Shown here in pieces: positions 36,631 to 50,575 of a stretch of DNA of 64,000 bases. Origin of the DNA: Takakia lepidozioides. Taxonomy: Eukaryota; Plantae; Bryophyta. Location of the stretch: NCBI GenBank assembly GCA_030704615.1, contig CM060731.1, positions 60,078,001 to 60,142,000 on the forward strand, given 5' to 3'. A model generated the notes under the pieces. The model saw nothing but the letters and a program-made list of their open reading frames with translations. It was not told where the DNA came from and ran no database searches. Position 1 is the stretch's first letter; every line of letters begins with the position of its first letter. Position numbers and translations under genes: made by a program.

Positions 36631-39600
36631 ATGGAGACGTTGCAAGATTTGCTGGAAGAGGCGAAGCGAAGGACAATTCTGGCGGGAATCTGTGTCGTCA
36701 GCCTCGCTTATCTGATGTCATGTACGTCGTTTTAAACCTCACACCCAAAAATCTGTTTCCATTTGGCCTTTCTGTTCGACACGAGTTTTCGTGGATATTG
36801 GTGGCATTGTTCAAGTCTGAAGTTCAGGCAAGTTTCCACTATTTCTCCTATAAAACAGTTTACTAAATTGTCAGAGTTTTAAAGATCACACGTACCTGGG
36901 AACTCAATTCATATTTCTTTTACAATTCTTACGCCAATATGTAACCTCGGCCAGTCAATAAACTCTTCCTGTGACCTAGAGCAGTGTTAAACCTGAATGG
37001 TTTTGGAGGAGTGAATAATTGGAATACCTGCAATGCTTTTTGCATTCAACATCATGCTTTTTAGTGTGGTGTCAATTCCAGCCTTGAATGAACATGAAAT
37101 CCCTTTGTGAGCAGATTGTTGTCACTTGTGCACAAGAGCTATGGGAATTTGAAGCTGAGTTTCTTCGCCCAGCTGTGTGTGGTCTCTATGGGATGTCCAG
37201 TATCCGGCAGAGGGAATCCACAGAAGCCATGTTCACAGAGACTAGCCACTGAGTACATCCATCCTGGCATTTCCCTTTGAGCTGACTCTTTCCCTTCTTT
37301 CAGCTGGGGGACCTGCACCTGCTACTTGAACAAGTATCTCCGAGAGTTGGGGCTAAAAATTGAAATTCTCCTTTTCTGTGTCCTTTCTGCAGTGACAAGC
37401 AGTTCAGTTTGGATCAACATACCTGTGGCTATTCTTGTAATTGCTGTAATGCGCCGCATTTCTTTTGAGATTGAAGTGCGATGGAGAGCTCCAGTCTATG
37501 AGGGCCCATCCCATGTGCACGGTCTACATCGCCGCCAGCTTGCTCCCAGTAACCGCCTTCTCTCGGCAACGACTAACATGGCCAAAAACAGGTGAAGTTG
37601 TGGGACTGTACAACATTGGCGTCCTCTATGTGAGTAATTGATGTAGCCAATGCAATGTAGTTGTGGAGCAAATCTTCAATGCTTTGTGGTACAGTTCACT
37701 TTCAAGGCTGTAGTATTTCATCCCTTCTTTGTGCACTCATCATATGTGCCTGTCGGAACAGGTGGCGCCGCGGCATTGATTCTCCAGTTGTTGAGGAAGC
37801 TGTGGATGAGCTGACAAGGTGTGTGGTTGATGAGTGGGTCACCAATCTCTGGTACTCATCTATCACCCCTGACCAGGATGTTCCCGAAGAGCTGCGGATC
37901 CTCATCAATGGTGTGATTGCTGAAGTCTCACAGCGGGCCAAGCGGGTGAACCTTATCACACTTCTTTCCAGGTATGGTGGGTGGACCTTTTCAATTGGTT
38001 ACCATTAAATTGGAAGTGTGGAGTCTCCTCTGCAGGACAACTAGTCTGCTACATACAAGTAGCTTATCGCTCATAATGCCCGTAGATGGAGCTCTGCAAT
38101 TGAATCCTCTATAATTACAACTGCAGGAGATCAGAGTTTACCTCTTGCTGTGAAGATATAGTTGTTGGTGGATGTACCTGCACAGAGTGGGTCAAGATAT
38201 GTGGTGTGGTTTGTATGAACTTTAACATCCAACTTCCGTTGGAACAATGCAGGGATATTGTTGACTTAGTAGGGAGCCATCTAGAGCTTTACCGCCGCAT
38301 GCAGGAAAGGATCGGCCGCAATGTCTTAGGAACACTCTCTTCTGAAGAGAGGGATGAGAAGCTAAGAGAGGTGTTGATCTCTGGTCGGGAATTGCACCCT
38401 GCCCTCATCTCTCCTGATGCAGAACACAAGGTGAGGTGAAATTCTTGGATACTAATTTGCACTGGAGCACGTTGACTTTGCATGTTCTGGAGCCAATGTC
38501 AAGTGGCATCTAGGAACCTCCATGTTAAGGAGGAAAATGTACTCTTTATACCATGTTCTTTGTTATATATGGTTGATGGGGGAAGAGAAAGAAAGAAAAA
38601 ATGTCCCTTGTGGAAGTCATCCAGTAACATGTCAACAGCACCCCAACTACCATACGTCCATCAACATCCTTTTGGATTTGCTCCCAATCGAAAGAGGAAG
38701 TAACCTTTCAGAATGTGAACCTCTCTTCAGGTATTGCAGCGGCTTACAGCAGGCGTGGTCTCATTAGTGCTGAAGCCACAGGATGCACAGTGTCAGTTGC
38801 TACAGAGCTTAGCACGAGAGCTGCTGGCATGTGCCGTGTTGCGACCTGTTCTCAACTTTGCCTGCCCTAGGTGGGTATGCTGCATGACCTGTCTTAAGTC
38901 TTCTCTTGTTTTGAAAGTGCACAAATTGAGCACCTTGCGTTTGTTTGACATGAAGAGCCCCACCATTTTGGTTTCCATGAGCTTTTTTTGGTATGTAAGT
39001 GATGGTTAGTAAAGTGTGGTGGTTCACCTCTTTGCTTGCAAGGGGTGTGGTGAAAGATTGTACTCATAAGACGTTGTTTGCCGTAGCCTTGTGGCCATTG
39101 ACCCCGCGCCCAGTTTGAGCGGGAACAAAAGGGACAGAACCTACCTCTGTCAGGGGCTGACGTTGGTAGTAAGACTTACCTCCATATAAAGAATTAATCC
39201 GGGTTTTTCCAGATATCCTCTAGAAATCCCTTCACACAAGCATCAATCTGCTGTGTGTGATTTGCCCAAAAACTAGGCCTCAGGAGGGCCTGGGCTTTTG
39301 GCTCAGCCTCGAGACTTTCAAAGTTGGTAAACAGGGGTACAGGCACAATTCCCTTAATAGATTTGAAGAGAGCGTCTCTTTGGTGAGAGAACCCCGGACA
39401 GTGTATCAGAAAATGAATACTGTCTTCAGATTGCCCACACAACGGGCAATTGCACTCTCCCTTTCCTCTCTGCTTCTGTTTGCTGTTCAAAGGTAGGCTT
39501 CCTGCCCTGAGTTTAAATTTCAGTCTAGTGCCGAGAGTGGGTAGACCCTTGAGGTCATCCAAGATGTCCTCCCCCACGTCACAGACTGGAAACAAGTTCA

Positions 39601-42600
39601 GGGAAGTTTTCTGCCTAACTTCATTTTCATCAGACAATCTCATGGCAACAGACATGGCTGAGGACACTACAGCCTCTAAGTCAGATTTATCCAGCAGGGT
39701 CAAGACTTGCGGATCCAGGTCCAGGTCCTTGAGGATCTCTTCTACTCTCTTCTGCCAGGACTTAGCCTGTTTGACAGGGCGGTCCTGTTTCCAAGATATA
39801 GAGTCGATTAACTTAGGATATCTGGTGTTGGGCATATGTTGCAGCTGACCCCACCATCTGACCTTGAATTCATCTCGTCGGGAGCTTAAGGACGGAATGC
39901 CAAACTCACCCCGAACAGCCACATTGGCTGTTTTGGAGCATGCTGACATACACTCCTTAAGCACCCCCACTTGAATGGATTCTAGAGACTTAGCCTGGTT
40001 GGAGTTATCAACCCATATAGCAGATCCGTACTCCAAGGCAGGTCTAATAACGCGACAAAGCATGGTTTTCTTGACCTCAGAGTTGACCCCTCTGCAGTGG
40101 AAAGACATTATACTGTAAGACAATGTTTTAGTACAATTGATGCACTGACATGTTTGATTTAGGGAGGGGGGGTTAAAATCTCAGCAAGAGCTTCCTGTGA
40201 CCATGTGTTGAAGTTCTGCTATGACCAAATGGCTCACAAATAGATTCTATTCAATCCATGCAATTCAACAGCAAACCGAGCAGAGAGGAAAGGGAGAGTG
40301 CAATTGCCGGTTGTGTGGGCAACCTGAAGACAGTATTCATTTTCTGATACACTGTCAGGGGTTCTCTCACCAAAGAGACGCTCTCTTCAAATCTATCAAG
40401 GGAATTGTGCCTGTACCTCTGTTTACCAACTTTGAAAGTTTCGAGGCTGAGCCAAAAGCCCCGGCCCTCCTGAGGCCTAGTTTTTGGGATCACACACAGC
40501 AGATTGATGCTTGTGTGAAGGGATTTCTAGAGGATATCTGGAAAACCCGGATTAATTCTATATATGAAGGTAAGTCTAACTACCAACGTCAGCCCCTGAC
40601 AGAGGTAGGTTCTGTCCCTTTTGTTTCCGCTCAAACTGGGTGCGGGGTCAATGGCCACAAGGCTACGGCAAACAATGTCTTATGAGTACAATCTATTCAA
40701 TCCATGTCGATATCTTTCCTCCGGAAAAATCATATTTCTGATGGATTTAGTTATACAGACTGAAGCCTGCTTGTCAAACCTAAATTGCGTCACGGTCATT
40801 ATTGCTGTTGATTGCAGATTTATCAATGAGATGATTGAGTCACTTGCTGTAGCTTCAGCAAAACAGAAGGCACAACGGGCCAACCAAGCACCTAATTCAG
40901 AAGCATCTGAATCTACAAGCACCAGATCACATGCCCCGGAGCGACTCCCTCCAAGAAAGCCCTCTCTCTCAGGCCTCGAATTGATGGAATTAGGTGTACC
41001 AGAGTCTGCAGGGGGAGGTTCAGTTAGTGCTTTGCCATCCCAGAAAAGTGAAGTAAGGCTTTCAGCTTCAGCAGGAGACATGGGACCCTCCATCAAATCT
41101 CAGGAAACTTGTATGGGAGGACCTTCTAATGCAACGGCCACACGAGAGGTGAGTGAGTGAGTGAGTGATCATTTTTGTTGATTTCTTCAATCTCCTGTTT
41201 CTAGAATGAAGGCACACTTGTCATGAATGGTATTGCTTTAAGGAGACTGTTGAAGAGAGATCTTTTTATCTGTGCAGATTCAGTCTGCAAAGGCCTGTGA
41301 ACATATGGGCATTGAGGATCAGGAGGAGGGGGGTCCGATTCCGCGTGGTGACTGGGCCCAAATGCTGGAAGCTGTGACACAGCGGAGAACAGAAGCACTT
41401 GCACCGGAGCACCTTGATAACCTATGGGCAAAAGGTCGGAACTACAGGAAAAGAGACGTTCTTAAGGCTGCCACGATAGGAGTGACTGTCCAGCAGGCCA
41501 CAGACTCCCCCTTGAATCCAGTCCAGGTTAATCCACCAGAGGCAAAAGTTGGGGTTAAAGTCGAGATGGAAGGAGCATCCAAAACAACCGAGTTGGTAGA
41601 GCTTACAGACTCAAGCCCCCGTCCTATTAACAAATCCAGTAGGACAGATGTCTCTGAAGCTAAACGAGACAGTAAAAGTGTCCACGACCAGTATGGTGCG
41701 CTGTTGTTTGGAGAAGCAGAAGAGGGGGAGGAAGGATTACCGGGGATAGGATTTGCTGGGCTGGGGGCCCGGGTGACTACCAGTCCGATGTCACATCCAT
41801 TGGACACTCCAGATGACCTGCAGGTGGTGAGTAAGAGAAGCCTCGAGGCTGCAAATCGCAGTGGTCTTTCACTCGAGACTTTGGATGACTTGCAGACCCT
41901 TAGTAGGAGCATCCAAGAGACTGTGGATGCCAGTGGGCATGTAGTAGATGCTTTGAATGACCCACAGAAACTGGGTATGACTGCCCAGCATAGATCTCGG
42001 AAGGCTGTTAGGTTGGTGTCGCACCGGCGGTCAAGGAGTACTGGGGATGGGCTGGAAAGCTGGCAAGAGCAATCTCGTCATCAGGAAGGCATGTTGACTT
42101 CGCTGAATGTGGGTGAAGGACCTTTGGCTGGAGCAGCACACCCTGCGTCCAACCTGCAGGATAATCAAGGAAAAAGGTTCTGTACTGAGAATGCCGGACA
42201 GGTGTCTTCACGGACTGAAAGCGGCAACCCCTCAGCCAGCTTTTCATCCCACCTGCCTCCAACTAAACTATGTGGTCGGGTATGGCTGAGTGCTGCAGTT
42301 GTTCTACTTCACATCCAATCAAACAGTTGTTCTCATTCCTTTGGCACTATGGCTTAGTGGATAAGTTTGTGGTCCTACTAACCGTCCATTTGTTGAATTG
42401 GCTTCCATGCATCCTCCTGGCATTTTTCCTAGGCCCTTGGGAATGCCGGAGCTAAGCCACATAAGGGTTTCTGTCCTTAACGTATTTTAAAGCCTTCAAC
42501 TTGGTTAACATAGTTCTACTCCCGTGCTTGCTACCCAGGAATCAGGCAAATACTGTTTGTGGGGCCTGCAGCCCTATTAGGTCTGAAGATTGTAGACACT

Positions 42601-45600
42601 TTTGGTAATGTGAGTAGTCTTGCATTAGATCATTTGTCTGCACAGCTGAAGAGCCTCTGCTTTAATCTGAAAGCTTCAGGGTTCTGTACAGTGTCTCTGG
42701 ATGCGTACGTGTTTCATGGATATCACAACTCATGATAAATTAAATTGGCAGGTGATAGGGGCTCATTTTGAGAAGAGTGGATCTAGCGCCTTTGCGGTGT
42801 ACACCATCAGGGTAACAGATCCTGACAATCAAACCTGGCGGGTTCAAAGAAGGTAACCCTGCATTTGCCTTCATCACGTCAGGCTGCTACATATAAGGAC
42901 TTTTATAGGATATTCAATATGTTCATTTGTATTTACAGGCTATCACCAGCATATGGGAATGGGGGCGTTGTAGAGGAATTAATATCCGACATTGTTTTAC
43001 CAGGTGTTGAATGATAGTAGGTAGTCAAATAAAGACAACGATGCTTGTTGGTGTGTGTGCATAGGTTTCGCAACTTTGAACAGCTACATAGGCGCTTGAA
43101 GGACATGCCGTATTATTGCCTCAATCTGCCACCAAAGCGCTTTCTTTCTTCCAACCTGGACAGTGATTTTGTTCGTGAACGGTGTATTCTTCTTGATAAA
43201 TACTTGAAAGTGTGTTCCTTTCCCACTTTGTGGGTATTTTGGTCTTCGAGTGTATGAAGTACTGTGTTAATGATGGTAGTGATGATGATTTTTCTCTTGT
43301 TGTCCTGTGTCCGCAAGCGTCTGGGTCCCTTGACCTGGTAGATTTCTCTCTTCTTCCTCTCGCATTCTCTCTTCCATAAGCCCAAACTGGTTGCGGGGTC
43401 TATGGCCACATCGTCTTATGAAAACATTATGTGAGAAGCCCTTTATGGTTGATGTGGATGTTGGAAAGTTTCTTCCATTCTTTCTTTCAGCTGGACACAG
43501 CTGGCGCCTTACATCCTTACGTTGAGCATTTCTTTGGTGACATCAAATGTAATCATCTCCTCTTCTGTCTTGGACAGGATCTCTTAGCAATTCCAAGCAT
43601 TGCAGAGCTACATGAAGTCTGGGATTTCCTGAGTGTCAAGTCTCAGGTGAGAGGTGGGGAACTCAAGATTCTGTTATGTGTCTACTTTTATTTACTGTTT
43701 GCCAAGTTGTTCTCCATAAACTATTAATTTTTCACTGCTTAGTAAAAGGGCTGGAGTTGCACTATCATACATGGAACCATTTTATTTGACTTGCTCCGGG
43801 GGAGATGCCCCTTTCTCTCCTTGGCAGTGCCTGGAGTTTGTAACAGGCTAAGTTGCAAATCTGAGATTAATCTAGAGGTTGTTAGTCATTGGGATTACAG
43901 ATCAACCTTCTGAATGCTAACTCAAATCCTCGAGTAGGTGTAATTCCTGGCAGCAGTGAACATTCCACCTCTCTGATTGTTTCTAGATAGCTCCAGGATG
44001 TGCTGGATAAGTACTAGTTACGGAGTAGCTGGACCACTTTGTGATAAGGGGTTCTATGTGGTATGCAGCACTATGAATTTGGTAATGCTCCCTCTATGAT
44101 GAAGACCTTAGCTGGTAAGAATTCTGTGAACGCACATACCTCCCTCTTCATACCTTCCAATGCAGTTACCTGTGCTGGGAAAAGAGGAATTCGTATGTCT
44201 GAACTTCGTTGTGAACATTTTTTGCTTTGTTAGTCTGCTAATAGGAAAGGCTGAAAGTGTAGATAAGGCTGTCGTTGGATGGCTTGAGAACTTTGAGTCA
44301 AGAAAGAGAGTTACAAACATACAATGGATGCATGGTAGAGCCTTATGTTGATATGCGGTTCTTCTGTATCAGTGAATGTGGATGATGCTGTGGATGACAT
44401 GTTTCGACAAATCCGTGGAGTTTCTGATGACATCCAAGGGGCTTTGAAAGTAGCGACCTCTGGAATCCGGCACCGAGTTTATGGAAGCAGTAGTAATGAC
44501 AGCCAGACTGTGGCTGCCATCCACCGCCCTGCCACCACCTCAGCTGGAAGTTCAATTTTGAGACTTTCAGCACCCTCCCAAACACTTTGCCTGACCGACA
44601 GTGGGTTTGGAGAGAAAGCCTTTGCCAACTCACTATCAGATGACGAGGAGGGGGTGGCATTAACTGGGAGTGCACAAGGGTTTGGATCTGTTGATTGGCA
44701 TTCAGACCTTGACATACCTGCTGATTCGCATGTTGAAGTCCAAGCATGGGGACCTTCAACAAACATGTTTGGGTCAGGTATTTTGGATGTAAGGGATAGC
44801 GGGTACATTGATGGTCGGCTTCAGAGGGCTTTGTCAGAGGGGCACTCCCCAGCTGAATCATTTGCTGGATCTGATACGGTTGACAATGATGTACGTACTA
44901 TCTCCAGCAAGTTCTGTCGTTGATTTAGATGACGTGTCACATTTGCTCTTCTCCCTCAACAAGAAGGAGGTATGCGATCTTGTTTCGGAGTTTCTATGGT
45001 CTTTTTTTTTGCTTTATTGAGGGAGTTGGTGGTCCTCCTTTATGAGTATTTTTACCAGGAGTGATTCTTGGTGTTTGTGGGGATGTGCAGTGGTCCCCAC
45101 CAAATGTGAGTGTGCCACTGCTTAACTTGGTGGACCTCATTTTTCAACTGCAAGGCCGTGGCTGGATTAGGTGCCTTATCTCTCTCTGTCTTTCTTGTGG
45201 AGTTCTGCTATACCTTATCTCTGTGTCTTAGATTATGACTCCTCTCTTTTCATTTCATTTCCCTGGGTGGTAGCCCTTGGGTACAACTGGCAGTGTAAAT
45301 GTGTAGAGGTGCATACATAAACATCATTTGTGTCAACAAAATGCTGATGATTTCTTTTTGGGGATTGGGTTTCTTGTCAGGCGACAAGTCTTTTGGATTG
45401 TGAAGCAGGTTTTGCAGCTTGGTATGGGCGATGCCTTTGATGACTGGCTGCTTGGCAGAATTCAATGGCTGCGAAGAGAGGATGTTGTGGCTTCAGGAAT
45501 TCGGGGCATTCAAAGGGCAAGTTTCTTCATCTCCTGTCAGTGTGCCAGACTAGTGATAGATCAAACAGAGATATGGTTGTATTGGTGTTCACTGTTCATT

Positions 45601-47419
45601 CATATGTGCAAACACAGATGCATGGGCCTTGGTGGAGAGAAGGATAAGAAGAAGTAATCTTTTGTAGGCCCCGTGAGAGTGAGAGGGGAAAAACTTTATA
45701 ATGTCCACAGGGGGCTTTGAGGGTCCACAGAAGGGAACGATGAAGATTTTTTTTTTCACATCCACAGGGGGAGAGAGAGAGCAGAAGACTCTCCCTTGAC
45801 CCCGGAAAGAAAAAGAGCAAGAGAAGAGAGACAGTGGATGACAAGGAGTTCTCTAGTAGCAGAAGCATTTCATCTTGCAGTAGGTGAGGAGCTCCAGTGG
45901 ATCTTGTCTAGGCTACAGATTTGGCAGGGCAGATGTACCCCCTGCAGGTCTTATCTCAAAAACCCTTGTTGAACATAGGAACACTGTAAAATGTAGGACT
46001 GAAGATGGGTTAGTGATTGCAGGTGCTCTGGCCGGACGGGATTTTTATCACAAAGCATCCCAGTCGGGCTGGACTACCTCAAAGGAACATGGGGGGTCCT
46101 CAAGGGATAAGCGGCCAGCGCAGGGAGCGATCCCCTCCAGTGACTTCGTTTGAGCAACGCCTTGAGGCTGCACGCAGAGCCATGGTTGTGCGGGAAATTA
46201 TTCTTGGTGAGTTGACCGTAACCTATGTGCAAGTTTGGGGGTCATCTATGTCATGGTCCTAATGAATATTTTGATTTTCTGAGAGGGAGTGCTCGCTTGG
46301 TACTCCAGAGGATCTGGGCATTCTCTCACATCTCCCTGAGTGAATAAAGTAAGTCCAGTGATAGTTAAGGTGCCCCACCGTCATCTCTGTTTTGTCCAGC
46401 ATCAAACCAAAAGTGAAATTTCACTGCCCTGCTTCCATTCAAGCTCCACTCTTGACTAGAAAGATTAGGGCAAGACATACCTATGCTTACTCTGGAACTG
46501 GTCACACATTATAATGCTTGCAACGTATTCCATTTACTCTGTTGGGAAACCACTCCCCCCTCAAGGTTTCCAGCTGCAAAGAACCATTATCGAAGACTTC
46601 ATGTACCACATACGGACCCATCCACAAAGAGTCGAATTTCGCTTTGAAGTTTTCATTCCTGCTGTCAAACACCATTACCAAATCTCCTTCCTTGAAAGTA
46701 CGTTTCTTTCTCCTCTTATCAAAGCGGGCCTAGGAAGTCTAGGCATGCAAAGTGGTATTATCAGATATTAGGTTGTCTGAATTTTTTGGTGGGTTTGCAG
46801 ACCGACCTCCTGCCGCTCTTGTGAGCCTAGTTGGCAGGAAGCAATATCAGAGATGCGCCAAGGATATCTACTTCTTTCTTCAGGTAGTTCAGCCTCAAGT
46901 GGAATGCTCTTAGTGGGTTCTACTTAGTCTCCAAGTCTGAAAAAGAGTGGCAAGATTAAGCATATCCAGTGTATTGCTCATGTCGGACACTTCTATTGGT
47001 GTGCACTGGTAGGATTGGGGATATTGTTTCACCAGCAGTGAGGGTAGAGAATTGTTTCTCAGAGGATATTCTCATGAATTTTCCCCATGGGAGGGCCAGG
47101 AAATTCTTCTCATGGACTGTGCTTGCCTTTGTCTTACAGCTGTAATTATAGATAAGTGTGATGCACACAACAGAGGAGAAAGGAATTAATTTGTCCAAGA
47201 GAACGGGAAAACCATCTAGATGGGACTAAAGAGTTGGAGAGGAAAGAGGCCATGGCTGGATTTGCTCTCTGAACGGTGTTGGGTGAATGTGGGGCTTGGT
47301 GGATGCAGTCAACAGTTTGTACAAAGCTGCTGGCCTACAGCCTTCTAGAGATGCTCCTTCTTGCAGCCTTTCCTGAGCTGCATGACTTGATTCTTGATGT
47401 TCGTAGCAGTGTAACTTAA
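36631..47419 (+). CDS. PXA-PX-Nexin_C sorting-nexin-like protein (At1g15240/At2g15900 family; MDM1/SNX13-14-like)
   Basis: Starts METLQDLLEEAKRRTIL. Exons include 36631-36721, 37393-37591, 37762-37971 (PXA: VDEWVTNLWYSSITPD), 38253-38430, 38731-38870, 40818-41148, 41278-42279, 42752-42852, 43065-43209 (PX: RFRNFEQLHRRLK..LPPKRF), 43578-43646, 44069-44114, 44373-~44890, 45091-45170, 45381-45516, 46023-46207 (LWPDG), 46801-46883 and 47309-47419. Confidence 0.9.
39053..40116 (-). mobile_element. 5'-truncated LINE (RT thumb + CCHC finger) in an intron of the PX gene
   Basis: ORF 39194..40123 contains IRPALEYGSAIW..SLESIQ..AVRGEFGIPSLSSRR..RYPK..CPLCGQSEDSIHFLIHCP. Same 3' end as the other copies. 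Confidence 0.88.
40261..40691 (+). mobile_element. Short 5'-truncated LINE copy with 15-bp target-site duplication
   Basis: TSD TCTATTCAATCCATG at 40246-40260 and 40692-40706. Sequence matches the 3' end of the other copies. Confidence 0.9.
43381..43428 (+). mobile_element. Tiny eroded remnant of the same LINE 3' end
   Basis: CAAACTGGTTGCGGGGTCTATGGCCACA..CGTCTTATGA resembles CAAACTGGGTGCGGGGTCAATGGCCACA..GTCTTATGAG. A similar remnant sits at ~15630-15655. Confidence 0.5.
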
Positions 47420-49865
47420 TTACTGCTACATTGGATTGGAATGAAGAGGGGTGTATAGTTTATTTTTTCCTGGTCCATCAGGTCAAGAGCCAGGACGTTG
47501 ATCCCATGTATGATTCTTTTTCTCTTCCAAGTGGCTATATATTCCGATGAATAGCAGTGCGGTTGTCACATCCTGGTCACATTCAGCAGAGGTCAGAAGT
47601 AATCCACTGGAAATCAAATGCCATTTCGACTTCCTAAATACATAGTGGACTAGGTTTCAATGATCCTAGAAGGCTCAGTGGTCCACGAGCCTTGTTATGT
47701 TTCTCCGAATCTGGCTGCAGCTCAATGGCGGGGCGCTCCACTAGGTTGAAGGAGAGTACAGAGAGAGAGAGATCTTGCCTCAACACAAGTCAGAACTTCG
47801 TGAGGGATGTGTTTGGAAAGAGTTCTTTGTGGGGAGTAGCTTCAAACAATGGGACCTTGCAGAGACTCTGAAATGTTTATGATCTAGAGGTGCGCCAGCG
47901 CGGTGCCACAACTTGCAGAAAGAGGGATCGTCCACCGTGAAGGTACTGCGCTCTTGCTTCTATGTTGCCATTGTTTTTTTCCGTGTGGCAGTTTTCATTT
48001 GTTTGGATGAGCTTAGTGATTCAGTGGTCTGGGTGTCTGTGCTGCTAAGCATTGAAGTATTGCAGCCATTTAAAATAGTGAAGCAGTTGCAAAGGCACCT
48101 TGGACATGTGTCCTCAGGCATTGATGAGAAGTTAAACTGTGTTAGACAATCTGTAGTAGAGTTTGCATTGTAAAATGAGATCCAGAGCAAGTCTTGCCTT
48201 GCCACCACTTGGCTGATTCTGGGTTGGTGTATGCAGGCAGGCTTGCTTTTCACTCAGCCAAGAAGGGTTTCTTCACAGCAGTAACTTGAGCACCTTCATC
48301 AAGCTTTTAGAGTCGGGTTCCTGCCATTTGGCACCTAAGTTCGCTTTAAACTTGTAGGATAAAAGGAATTCCTCCTGCTGGGAAACAGTGGTAGCATTTG
48401 TCAGATTCCCTATGTTCCAAAAACAGATTTGATGTTTGTCTGGTGTGGGCTTTATCTCCACACTCTTCAAGTCTTCCTTGAAGTCTCTCTTCGCAGGAGT
48501 GCAGCCTATCTCTTGTTGCCATCTTATATAAAGACCATGTCTTTGTCGAGCCAACTTATTGCATCTTTCGAGTACTGAATGTTTGTAGGTGGAATCTCAT
48601 CTTTTGTTTCCATTCATAGCTTCCTCGCAAATTCTCATGTTCTACTAGTTTCTTTGCAGGCTATATTGGTAACGCCTCCCCGAACTAAATATAACTTCTG
48701 AATGTGAGAAGCATATCAAAGCTTTCATCTCCAACAAAATGTCCAGCGTTCCAGGTTGGAACTTCAGCCTACATCAGTCTTAAAAGTTCAGTGACAGTGA
48801 ACTTTTATCTCATGTGATACCTAACATTAGGAGTAAGTAGCACAGTTCAATTTATGAATCAGACAACCAATTCTGCGAGACCTCTTCTGCGAGAGAGGTC
48901 AAGCAGTCTTCCCCCTCCCTGGTACTCCTACCCACCTTCCTGCTGCTGTCACCCTAGTATAACCATTTTAATAACTCGAACCAGATGCAGAAGTAACTCC
49001 GCTGGCTCTTAATTAGGACGACATTGAAGAGAGGCAATTCAATCCACGTTTGGATTGCAGCTCCACAGACGCCTCCTCCGCCATCATTCCCAGAGCCTTG
49101 CGCACACGTGAGATGGAGACACGGCGTGCGTCATCCATGTGTGCATTGAAGCGCGGGCATCATGATTTGAGGTGCGCCCCAGCCCTCCCTTCCCTCCCCC
49201 TTCGCGTCATCAAACACTTAAACAATGCCAAGGAATTTCTCGCACTCTTGTAAGTATCTCGACCATCTGCCAAGCAACTTACTTACTCATGTGCGTTGCC
49301 AAAGCAGCGCAGAGCGGCGTGCGATGGATGCGGCATCATTCCTGCCTGTAGTTCGTACCGCAACGCATCACTCGCGCTCTGACCGCACTTGGAGTTTCCT
49401 GACCCGAGTATGGCCCTCATGTGTCCCCTTAATGGCCGCCTATCATCATCCTCCACGCCATCTAATACTCAGTATTCTTACAGAAATACCATGTATGCCG
49501 TAGTGTCAGGCTGGGTACGAGACTCGGGTACGCTCTGGGAACGGTTCCCGATGATGTTCTGACATCGTATCCGGATGGCCAACCGTATGCCAGATACGTA
49601 CGTGTATACGCTCCGACGCGTATCTGTATTGACGGCAGTATTCATGGCACGTAGGCTGCCACTACCTCGCATACGCACTGCCACGTCGGCCCATCATCGC
49701 CGTCGTTGATTCCATTCCATGCCCGGCCCACCAATATTTGAATAATCGTGCCTCCCACGTGATGCTGGGTTCAAATCCTGCTACTCACCGATGTGTGGTT
49801 AGTAGAACTTCCATCTGATGTGGGCGCCTTGTGTCTTCTCCGAAAGAGGTTAGTTTGTCCAAATT

Positions 49866-50575
49866 CAAAATCCCCTCCTTGGTTTCCGAGTCCATGTTGT
49901 CAAAGGGGCTGAAATCCAACTTGAGAGAGGAAAGAGTAGAAACTGGCTGAGAAAGGTTACCGTTTCCGCTTTAAAATCCCCTCTTTGGTTTTGGAATCCA
50001 TGTTGTCAAAGGGGCTAAAATCCAACTTGAGAGAGGAAAGAGTCGAAACTGGTCGAGAAAGAACCGTTTCCGCTTTAAAATCCCCTCTTTGGTTTTGGAA
50101 TCCATGTTGTCAAAGGGGCTAAAATCCAACTTGAGAGAGGAAAGAGTCGAAACTGGTTGAGAAAGTACCGTTTCCGCTTTAAAATCCCCTCTTTGATTTT
50201 GGAATCCATGTTGTCAAAGGGGCTAAAATCCAACTTGAGAGAGAGAGAGACGAAACTCCGGTTGAGAAAAGGTTAACGTTTCCCCCTTTAAATTCCCCAC
50301 TTTGCTTTCGCAATCCATGTTGTCGAAGGGTGTTACGAAGCGTTGCCTTCCTCTATCAGCCTCCATGGCACTTACTTTGAGGTTATTTTTTCCTCCTCCG
50401 TCCCTCTTCTCTAAAAATAAAAAAATAAAAAAATAAAAAAGGGCCTAAAATCCAACTTGAGAGAGTGACCAAACTCCGGCCGAAAGACGTTAGTGTTTCC
50501 CCCTTAAAAATCCCCTCTTTGGGAGGGGAGAATACCGGAACCCATCTTGTAAAAAGGGCTAAAATCCAACTTGAG
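49866..50575 (+). repeat. ~104-bp tandem satellite (about 4 good units plus degenerate ones)
   Basis: Repeated AAAATCCCCTCTTTGGTTTTGGAATCCATGTTGTCAAAGGGGCTAAAATCCAACTTGAGAGAGGAAAGAGTCGAAACTGG..CCGTTTCCGCTTT; units start near 49973, 50077 and 50181. Confidence 0.9.

Noticed and set aside
49745-49800. B-box-like GGTTCAAATCC suggesting a tRNA
   Set aside because: No convincing A box or cloverleaf; at most a SINE fragment.
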